A DNA stretch of 63,781 nt from Candidatus Zixiibacteriota bacterium (lineage in GTDB: Bacteria > Zixibacteria > MSB-5A5 > GN15 > FEB-12): contig JAYRFH010000250.1 in assembly GCA_041908405.1 (NCBI GenBank), positions 1 to 63,781 on the forward strand, in the 5' to 3' direction. The notes under the pieces were generated by a model. The model ran no database searches. It was given only the letters and a program-made list of their open reading frames with translations, and had not been told where the DNA came from. Shown piece by piece: positions 57,097 to 63,781 of this stretch. Made by a program: the position numbers and the translations under genes. Numbering within the stretch: the first letter of the stretch is position 1; each line of letters opens with the position of its first letter.

Positions 57097-59340
57097 ATGA
57101 AGATGCATGAAACCACAGGCCAGGGATTCTGCGAATCCGTAGCCCATTTCATGACGGCGCTGCTCGAACAACGAGATTTCGCGGCTGTCGTGAAGCAGTA
57201 CGAGCTCCATCGCTCGCTGCTCGATGACGTGGGTGGATCCGCAGCCGGTACGGTCTTGCACCGTGCCGCTACTGCCTATGCGTCTCTTGGCAACTACCCG
57301 ATGGCGTTGCGTGTGGCACGTCTGGCACAAGCGATGATCGCGGCTGAAGGAGACTCTCTCCTTCTGGCGGAGATCTTCGTCACGCTGGGCGGCGTCCTGC
57401 GCGACCTGGGTCAGTTGAAAGAGGCGGAGAAGGCGTTCCGGGATGCTGAGTCTATCTTCCGTCGCAAAGACCACCTTGAAGGACAGAGTCGTGCGCTTAA
57501 CCATCTGGCCGGATTGTATTATCGCCAGACGGATTATCGGAACGCGCTGGCCGTCCTGATGGACGCGGTTGAGATCGCCCAGAAGAACGGCGACAAAAAG
57601 AAACTCGCGTTCATGATGGGGAATATCGGTCGTATCCACACCTTTACCGGTGATATGGCGGAAGCTGAAAAGCACCTGAAGATCAACATTGACCTCTCGC
57701 TCGAGCTCGGCGACCAGATCGAAGTTGCCCGGGCGTATCTGTCGTTCGCGTATGTGTACATTCAGCAGGCTGACTATGCCTCCGCTGAACAGGCGCTAGG
57801 CGAAGCGTACCCCCGCATCCTGATCAGTGTCAGCAAGCGGGATGAGGTCATCTATTACACGTATCTCGGCGAACTGCAGTATCGGGCAGGTCGTCTTGAG
57901 GAATCGCGCGTCGCGTTGGAGCGTGCGTTGCATCTGGCCGAAGAGATCGGCCCGAACACAACGCTCGCGGCCCGCGTCCTGCGCCACCTGGCGGAACTGG
58001 CGATCCGGACAAAGAACCATCGTCTGGCCCAGCGCTACGTCGCCAAAGCGATCCCGGTCTTCCAGAAAGCCGACGACAAAGTCGAGATGGGCGCGCTCTG
58101 GAAACTGAAAGCACAGATAGCGGATATGACGGAACAGAAAGAGGAGTCGGTCGCGTCGTTCAAACGCGCGTTGGATCTTCTGGCTGAATCCGGTGTCCGA
58201 TGGGAGAAAGCGGAGGCACTGGTCGCGGCCGGTTGCTCTCGTTCATTCTCGGCGCGTGAGCGGATGACCTATCTTTTCCGCGCGGAGGAGTTTTATGCCC
58301 GGTGCCATATGGTACGGAAGCATGACGAGATCGGGCGCTTGATCCATGAGCAGGATGACCGGATGGATGTCCCCAATCTTGGGCCAATCCCCAAATCCGC
58401 GGTGGATACCGAGTATTACACGAACTGCGAGAAGATCAAGCAGTTCAAGGCGCAGATCCCGATCCTTGGACGTTCCGACCTGCCCATTCTCCTGACTGGC
58501 GAGACCGGTGTTGGCAAGGATCGTCTGGCGAGTTACTTCCACAGTGTCGTCAGACCGGGGACTCGTTACGTGGCGATAAACTGTGCGTCCATTCCGGAGA
58601 CCCTGCTTGAGTCGGAGCTGTTCGGTTACCGTAAGGGAGCTTTTACCGGCGCTCAGGAGCACAAAGACGGGCTGTTTGTGGAAGCGAATGGCGGCGTACT
58701 CCTCCTCGATGAGATCGGCGACATGCCGCTCGCCCTACAGGCGAAGTTGCTCTCCGTTCTGGAGCACCGTCGCTTGACTCCGCTCGGCGGCACGAAAGAG
58801 GTCGAACTCGATATCAAGATCGTGGTCGCGACCAACCAGAATCTGGAAGAGATGGTGGAGCAAGGAAGATTCCGCCGCGATCTTTACTATCGTTTGAGCG
58901 GACTCTCGTTCCACATCCCGGCGCTCAGAGAGCGGAAAGAGGATATCCCGCTGTTGCTGCAGACCTTCATGCGAAAACGGAAGATGTGCGGCGATGGTCA
59001 GAAACTCCCCGCCGAACTGGTCCGTCAGTTCCTTGAATATGACTGGCCGGGGAATATCCGCGAGCTGGACAACAAGGTGAAACGCCTTGAGGTGATGGCT
59101 CAGATGGTGGCGGAAGGAGATCTGGTTGAGTTGGCGCGGACTATCTTCGCGCCGACCAAGCAGCTTCCCGATAAAGGAAACCTGTTTGACCGGGTCGAAG
59201 AATATGAGCGTCAGCTCATCATGGATGCGTTGATGGCGGCACACGGCAACAAATGCGAGGCGGCTCGGCTGTTGGGTGTGCATGAAGCGACCGTCCGGAT
59301 GAAGCTGAAGCGATACGGGACTCACGGCACGATGCATTGA
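57097..59340 (+). CDS. sigma-54-dependent transcriptional activator with an N-terminal TPR array
   Basis: 747 aa. About 400 aa of TPR-like repeats. AAA+ core with LLTGETGVGKD, ESELFGYRKGAFTGA (GAFTGA) and LLLDEIGDM. Fis-type HTH NKCEAARLLGVHEATVRMKLKRYG. Confidence 0.92.
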   Translation: MKMHETTGQGFCESVAHFMTALLEQRDFAAVVKQYELHRSLLDDVGGSAAGTVLHRAATAYASLGNYPMALRVARLAQAMIAAEGDSLLLAEIFVTLGGVLRDLGQLKEAEKAFRDAESIFRRKDHLEGQSRALNHLAGLYYRQTDYRNALAVLMDAVEIAQKNGDKKKLAFMMGNIGRIHTFTGDMAEAEKHLKINIDLSLELGDQIEVARAYLSFAYVYIQQADYASAEQALGEAYPRILISVSKRDEVIYYTYLGELQYRAGRLEESRVALERALHLAEEIGPNTTLAARVLRHLAELAIRTKNHRLAQRYVAKAIPVFQKADDKVEMGALWKLKAQIADMTEQKEESVASFKRALDLLAESGVRWEKAEALVAAGCSRSFSARERMTYLFRAEEFYARCHMVRKHDEIGRLIHEQDDRMDVPNLGPIPKSAVDTEYYTNCEKIKQFKAQIPILGRSDLPILLTGETGVGKDRLASYFHSVVRPGTRYVAINCASIPETLLESELFGYRKGAFTGAQEHKDGLFVEANGGVLLLDEIGDMPLALQAKLLSVLEHRRLTPLGGTKEVELDIKIVVATNQNLEEMVEQGRFRRDLYYRLSGLSFHIPALRERKEDIPLLLQTFMRKRKMCGDGQKLPAELVRQFLEYDWPGNIRELDNKVKRLEVMAQMVAEGDLVELARTIFAPTKQLPDKGNLFDRVEEYERQLIMDALMAAHGNKCEAARLLGVHEATVRMKLKRYGTHGTMH

Positions 59341-59407
59341 GTGGATGTGAGTTTCTGATAGTGAAGAAGTCGTGATTTAGTACGATTTCCGTTAGTTCTC
59401 CTTGGTT

Positions 59408-59445
59408 ACGGTAAGTGTTTCGTTAAGAGGCACTTACCGTTTTTT
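59408..59445 (+). terminator. rho-independent terminator after the activator gene
   Basis: ACGGTAAGTG-N13-CACTTACCGT followed by TTTTT. Confidence 0.7.
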
Positions 59446-59482
59446 ATGGTCGGCGGTTCGTATGAACATACGAATGGGAGCG

Positions 59483-59498
59483 TGTGAAAAACCGCACA
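59483..59498. promoter_or_regulatory. TGT-N10-ACA dyad, a possible enhancer-binding (UAS) site
   Basis: TGTGAAAAACCGCACA, about 75 bp upstream of the -24 element at 59571. Confidence 0.25.
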
Positions 59499-59570
59499 GG
59501 GTTCGGCGCACATCAGACATATCACTGCACTGCAATATGTTACGAAGGTGATAGCGAAGCGTGCGAAGTC

Positions 59571-59586
59571 GGGCACACGCATTGCT
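59571..59586 (+). promoter_or_regulatory. sigma-54 (-24/-12) promoter-like element
   Basis: GGGCAC-ACGCA-TTGCT with canonical spacing. Lies downstream of the activator terminator and about 190 nt upstream of the BMC-domain gene. Confidence 0.5.
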
Positions 59587-59773
59587 ATTAGGTTTGATGT
59601 CATTTTTACTCCTGAGCGCTGTGTTGGTGCTTAGTAGGTCCTCTTTTCTTTGGTGTATCGAAGCCGTCTGTGCTCGAGGGGAGTACAGGCGGTTAATTTT
59701 TGGTGGCATGCGACCAATGCTCCGCTATATTTGCTCCCGAACAATCTGATTGAAACTACAGGATGGCGCACGG

Positions 59774-60337
59774 ATGGACGCACTCGGGCTTATAGAGACA
59801 ACGAATCTGGCTGGCGCGATGGAAGCATCGACCGCCGCATCGCAGGCCGCCGCGGCTTCGGTCAGTTCAGTCACGTTGATCGATGCTTCGTTTGTGGTGG
59901 TGAAGATCGAAGGAGATATGCCCGCGGTAAGGGCGGCTGTCGAAGCGGGAGCACACGCGGCCCAGCAGTCCGGCTCGCTCATATGCGCGAGAATAATCCC
60001 GCATCGCGAAGGGCCCGGCAAGACAGTGGTCACACGCAAGCGGAGCACTCCGATCGTCGCCAGTTCTCCCACTCCGAAAAAGACATCTCCTCCGGCCAAA
60101 GCTCAGAAAGCGCGGGTGGCGCCAGCCCCGCGCCCTGCGCCCGCTCAACCATCCGCGCCTGCCACTGTCGCGCCGCGCGCAACATCCGGCTCCATGTCGA
60201 TGGAGCAGCTTGAAGCGATGCCGGTCTCCAAGCTCCGGCAGTATGCGCGTGGATTGGCGGGGCTCCCGATCCAGGGACGCCAGATATCGATGGCGAACAA
60301 GCAGCAGTTGCTGGAAGCAATCCGGAAGATCGCCTGA
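59774..60337 (+). CDS. BMC-H (Pfam BMC) domain protein fused via a Pro/Ala/Lys linker to a Rho_N/HeH-like C-terminal module
   Basis: MDALGLIETTNLAGAMEASTAASQAAAASVSSVTLIDASFVVVKIEGDMPAVRAAVEAGAHAAQQSGSLICARIIPH matches the BMC-H consensus. The linker is SSPTPKKTSPPAKAQKARVAPAPRPAPAQPSAPA. The C-terminus MEQLEAMPVSKLRQYARGLAGLPIQGRQISMANKQQLLEAIRK resembles the Rho N-terminal HeH. The alternative TTG start is 59750. Confidence 0.8.
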   Translation: MDALGLIETTNLAGAMEASTAASQAAAASVSSVTLIDASFVVVKIEGDMPAVRAAVEAGAHAAQQSGSLICARIIPHREGPGKTVVTRKRSTPIVASSPTPKKTSPPAKAQKARVAPAPRPAPAQPSAPATVAPRATSGSMSMEQLEAMPVSKLRQYARGLAGLPIQGRQISMANKQQLLEAIRKIA

Positions 60338-60601
60338 TTACTCACAGGTGCCCTGGGCTGTATTCATTGGTGAATTGAACGCGAAACGATGCCAAGCTCG
60401 TCGCCTTCGCGCGTGCTTGGTTGACGGCTAATCCACACAAAATCAATCCCTTTATCCTGATTTATCTTCATCCCCCTTGCGTTACTCTTGTGATTTTTGT
60501 AACTTAGTTCCCGACTGCTCGCAGTCTCGTTTGTGGTGTCCCGCATCAAAGTCAAAGAGGACTGCCGCGGGTAACGTTCTGCTGATAAAGGACTTTCGGA
60601 T

Positions 60602-61573
60602 ATGAAGAAGATGATGGTGACCGGGGCGATCGGGCAGATCGGATCCGAGTTGGTTTCCGCGCTTCGCGCTCGATATGGGGCAGATATGGTTGTAGCGACC
60701 GATATCCGGATGCCCACCGACAAAGAACTTCGCGACAGGGGCCCGTTCGAATTCCTCGATGTCACCGACTCGAATCATATCACCCGCGTCATGTCGATAC
60801 ACGAGATCGGGACGATCTTTCATCTGGCAGCGGTTCTCTCCGCAGTCGGCGAGTCGCGCCCCAATATCGCCTGGCAGATCAATATGAACGGTCTGTATCA
60901 CGTGCTAGAAGCGGCCCGCCAGTACAAATGCCAGATCTTCTTCCCCAGCTCCATCGGCGCATTCGGTTCGAGCACACCGCAGGATCAGACACCACAGGAT
61001 ACGATTCAACGCCCGGACACAATGTACGGCGTCACCAAGGTCGCCGGCGAACTGCTGTGCGATTACTACTTCAAGCGATTCAATGTGGATGCCCGCGGTG
61101 TCCGTTTCCCCGGCCTGATATCTTATGTCGCCGAACCGGGCGGCGGGACGACCGACTATTCGGTCTCGATATTCTATGAAGCTATCCGCCACAAAAAGTT
61201 TGTCTGCTACCTGAGACCGAATACCTATCTCGATATGATGTATATGCCGGACGCGTTGCGCGCGATGATCCAGTTGATGGAAGCCGATGGCGCCAAGCTG
61301 GTCCATCGGAACGCGTTCAATGTCTCGGCGATGAGTTTCACGCCGGATATGCTGGCGGCCGAGATCCGCAAACATATCCCGGAATTTGTGATGGAGTATG
61401 AGATCGATCCGGTCCGTCAGGCGATCGCCGATTCCTGGCCGAATTCGATGGATGACTCCGCCGCCCGCAAGGAATGGGGCTGGAAACCGGAGTATGATCT
61501 GAAGTCCATGACCTCGGATATGCTCAAAGAGATCTCCGCCAAGTTGCAGGGCGAGGTCAAGATCACGCGATAA
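60602..61573 (+). CDS. NAD-dependent epimerase/dehydratase-fold enzyme, SDR-type L-threonine 3-dehydrogenase-like
   Basis: MMVTGAIGQIGSEL, GPFEFLDVTD, FHLAAVLSAVGE and the YGVTKVAGE (YxxxK) motif. Confidence 0.75.
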   Translation: MKKMMVTGAIGQIGSELVSALRARYGADMVVATDIRMPTDKELRDRGPFEFLDVTDSNHITRVMSIHEIGTIFHLAAVLSAVGESRPNIAWQINMNGLYHVLEAARQYKCQIFFPSSIGAFGSSTPQDQTPQDTIQRPDTMYGVTKVAGELLCDYYFKRFNVDARGVRFPGLISYVAEPGGGTTDYSVSIFYEAIRHKKFVCYLRPNTYLDMMYMPDALRAMIQLMEADGAKLVHRNAFNVSAMSFTPDMLAAEIRKHIPEFVMEYEIDPVRQAIADSWPNSMDDSAARKEWGWKPEYDLKSMTSDMLKEISAKLQGEVKITR

Positions 61574-61598
61574 ATATGGCTCTGCGTGGGAGAGCCAC

Positions 61599-62009
61599 GT
61601 GTCTATAGGGATCGGCGTTGATGTAGTCGACGTCGACAGGCTGATCCGAGAGATCGACCGGCAGCCTGAGATCATGCATGATCTGTTCACCGACTCGGAA
61701 CTCGCTGCAAGTCGGGCGGCAGGTCATGCCAGCGCGTTCCTGGCTGGGTGCCTCGCTGTGAAGGAAGCCTTCCTCAAGGCCACCGGCACCGGGTTGCGCG
61801 ACGGAATCGCATTTAGAGATATAGAAATAGTAAGTAACGCTGCAGGTATTTCCGGGATTCGCCTGCAGGGAAAACTCCGTCTTCGGTACGGCGACATCGC
61901 TGCGTCCGAGTGTCGGGTATCCGCCGCGTTCACTGACCATGTGGCTTGCGCTGTAGTAGCGTGGTCACAGGAGGAACGTAGTACGGATGAGCCATTTCGG
62001 AAACTATGA
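61599..62009 (+). CDS. acpS: holo-[acyl-carrier-protein] synthase
   Basis: GTG start. IGIGVDVVDVDRL, FTDSEL and LAGCLAVKEAFLKATGTG. Confidence 0.85.
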   Translation: MSIGIGVDVVDVDRLIREIDRQPEIMHDLFTDSELAASRAAGHASAFLAGCLAVKEAFLKATGTGLRDGIAFRDIEIVSNAAGISGIRLQGKLRLRYGDIAASECRVSAAFTDHVACAVVAWSQEERSTDEPFRKL

Positions 62010-63690
62010 GAACCGCGTAAGGAATTTCTCCTGGTCGCTCGCCGAACAGGAACTTGAGTACACGCCGGGGGGCGTCATCAACATCGGTTGGTACTGCAGC
62101 GACCGTATCTGCAAAAAGGGATTCGGACAGAAAAAAGCCCTCATCTGGGAAGGGACCAGCGCCGAACCCAAGACCTACACTTACAACGACCTTCGACTCA
62201 CCAGTAATACGATCGGGGCATTTTTGCGCTCGCTCGGGATCAAACCCGAAGACCGCGTCTGCCTGTTCATGGATCGCATCCCTGAACTGTATCTCGGATT
62301 CCTGGGTGTGCTCAAGATCGGCGCGGTAGCGCAGCCACTATTCTCCGCGTTTGGCGAAGAGTCGTTGTTTGTCCGACTCGATGACGCCAAAACGCGCGCC
62401 ATCATCACCCAGCGCAAACATGTCGGCAAGGTGCGTAAGATCCTCGACCAGATGCCGTATTTGGAGCATATCATCGTGGTCGACCATGACGGCAAAAAAG
62501 AGCTGAAAGAGCGCGAGATCGCGTTTTCGCTCGAACATGCAAATCCAGTCGAAAACCTCGAATGTCATCCGACCAGAGCGGAATCACCATCGGTATTGCA
62601 TTACACTTCGGGCACGACCGGTCGTCCGAAGGGAGTGCAGCATGTGCACTACTCCCTCATTTCGCAGTACCTGACAGGCAAGTGGGTGCTGGATATTCAT
62701 GATGATGACATCTACTGGTGCACCGCCGACCCCGGTTGGGTGACGGGGACTTCATACGGCATCATCGCGCCATTCGCGCTGGGGGCGACCCAGTGTGTGC
62801 AGGATATCGGTTTCTCCGCGGACAACTGGTACAAGTGGATCGAGAAACAGCGTGTGACTGTCTGGTATTCTGCGCCGACAGCGATCCGTTCGCTGATGAA
62901 AGCAGGCGACGATATCGTGAAGAAGTATGACATGTCTTGCCTGCGGCACCTCGCGTCGGTTGGCGAGCCGCTCAATGCCGAAGCGGTCATCTGGTCGCAG
63001 CGCGTTTTTGACAAGCCATTCCACGACACCTACTGGCAGACCGAGACCGGTTCAATTGTCATCACCAATTTCCCCGGTATGAAAGTCAAACCCGGTTCGA
63101 TGGGCCGTACATTTCCCGGAGTCACCGGCGCGGTGCTTGATCTCAAAACTTATGAGCCGATCACTGAGCCGGGGCGTATTGGCCTTATCGCTCTCAGACC
63201 GGATTGGCCCGCTCTCATGCGCGGCTACTGGTGCAACAAAGAGACCTATGACAAGAAGTTCGTCAATGGGTGGTACTTGCCGGGCGACAGATCATCCATC
63301 GACAAAGAAGGGTACTTCTGGTTCGCGGGACGCGATGATGATATCATCAACACCGCAGGGCATCTAGTTTCGCCATTCGAGGTTGAGTCGGCGCTGTTGG
63401 AGCATCCATCGGTGGCGGAATCCGCGGTGGTCGCCAAGCCGGACGAAGTGAATATGGAAGTGGTGAAAGCGTTTGTCACACTCAAGCCGGGCTTCACGGC
63501 CAGCGACGATCTTGAACTCGATATCATGAATTTCATACGGAAGAAACTCTCCTCCCTGGCGATGCCGCAGGAGATAGAATATGTCCCGACCCTTCCGAAA
63601 ACACGCAGCGGCAAGATCATGCGCCGCCTGCTCCGCGCGCAGGAGTGGGGGGAAGAGATCGGCGATATTTCCACATTGGAAAATGACTAA
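61987..63690 (+). CDS. AMP-forming acyl/acetyl-CoA synthetase (AcsA-type, ~570 aa)
   Basis: YTSGTTGRPKGV, YWQTETG, GDRSSIDKEGYFWFAGRDDDIINTAGHLVSPFEVE and LPKTRSGKIMRR. Overlaps acpS by 23 nt. Confidence 0.85.
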   Translation: MSHFGNYENRVRNFSWSLAEQELEYTPGGVINIGWYCSDRICKKGFGQKKALIWEGTSAEPKTYTYNDLRLTSNTIGAFLRSLGIKPEDRVCLFMDRIPELYLGFLGVLKIGAVAQPLFSAFGEESLFVRLDDAKTRAIITQRKHVGKVRKILDQMPYLEHIIVVDHDGKKELKEREIAFSLEHANPVENLECHPTRAESPSVLHYTSGTTGRPKGVQHVHYSLISQYLTGKWVLDIHDDDIYWCTADPGWVTGTSYGIIAPFALGATQCVQDIGFSADNWYKWIEKQRVTVWYSAPTAIRSLMKAGDDIVKKYDMSCLRHLASVGEPLNAEAVIWSQRVFDKPFHDTYWQTETGSIVITNFPGMKVKPGSMGRTFPGVTGAVLDLKTYEPITEPGRIGLIALRPDWPALMRGYWCNKETYDKKFVNGWYLPGDRSSIDKEGYFWFAGRDDDIINTAGHLVSPFEVESALLEHPSVAESAVVAKPDEVNMEVVKAFVTLKPGFTASDDLELDIMNFIRKKLSSLAMPQEIEYVPTLPKTRSGKIMRRLLRAQEWGEEIGDISTLEND

Positions 63691-63717
63691 CCTTACATCC
63701 GGTTGACGGAGGAATAT

Positions 63718-63781
63718 ATGGATGAAATGAAAGATGTCGTATTGAAGTATGTGAGGAACGAATATCTCGAGGACGAAGACC
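63718..63781 (+). CDS. partial ORF (5' end only), possibly an acyl-carrier-protein-like protein
   Basis: GGAGGAATAT RBS, then ATG. MDEMKDVVLKYVRNEYLEDED resembles an ACP helix-1 start. Only 21 codons are visible. Confidence 0.35.
   Translation, partial: MDEMKDVVLKYVRNEYLEDED

Noticed and set aside
59704-59720. TGGCATGCGACCAATGC, a second sigma-54-like element nearer the BMC gene.
   Set aside because: The GG-to-GC spacing is two nucleotides too long. The element at 59571..59586 fits the consensus instead.
59561-59749. 62-aa ORF (or a 50-aa version from ATG 59598, MSFLLLSAVLVLSRSS...) in the leader of the BMC-domain gene.
   Set aside because: No convincing RBS. The longer form starts upstream of the predicted sigma-54 promoter. 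It is Cys/Arg-rich with no recognisable motif. It cannot be supported without conservation or ribosome-profiling data.
60905-61690. 261-aa ORF antisense to the threonine-dehydrogenase-like gene. Similar antisense ORFs are 56836..57675, 58735..59337, 17969..18670, 36283..36906, 35224..35700, 25846..26439, 22534..23049, 20586..21086 and 16646..17122.
   Set aside because: All of them overlap confidently assigned genes on the other strand and show shadow-frame composition.
1-63781. Search for tRNA, rRNA, CRISPR arrays, IS elements, integrases and prophage genes.
   Set aside because: I saw no T-loop GGTTCGAATCC-type cloverleaf candidates, no regularly spaced direct repeats, and no transposase, integrase or recombinase-like ORFs in the six-frame track. 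The inspection was visual, so small elements could have been missed.

Overview
This is a 63.8-kb bacterial chromosomal segment with moderately high GC. I found no rRNA, tRNA, CRISPR array, transposase or integrase. All family names below come from motif recognition by eye, not from database searches.

Most of the window is housekeeping:
- pgsA-pgpA-cinA-thpR and recA.
- A long minus-strand gene string: nfi, M20 amidohydrolase, propeller protein, YbbR, tsaD, radical-SAM fusion, rsmB, PASTA protein.
- The conserved ffh-rpsP-KH-rimM-trmD-rplS block, followed by rnhB-yraN.
- Phosphomannomutase, malic enzyme, queF and queCED, acpS, and an Acs-type ligase.

Interleaved with these are accessory secreted proteins that carry three different C-terminal sorting tags: T9SS-type CTD, PEP-CTERM, and a cysteine-framed dockerin-like twin repeat. 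This mix suggests an uncultivated FCB-group-like lineage, which is an inference.

The most interesting candidates are:
1. An orphan gene (28836..29927) that fuses a DprA/SLOG-like Rossmann module to an Abi-like module. It sits directly after a Tro/Mnt-type metal-uptake operon.
2. A divergent BMC-H shell-protein domain fused through a Pro/Ala linker to a Rho_N/HeH module (59774..60337). No other microcompartment genes are nearby. It lies behind a sigma-54 promoter-like element and next to a TPR sigma-54 activator.
3. A metal ABC permease fused to a cytosolic DtxR/MntR-like metal-sensing domain.
4. A secreted two-domain blue-copper protein that carries the dockerin-like tag.
5. Two sigma-54-type promoters with the same GGGCAC-N5-TTGCT core.
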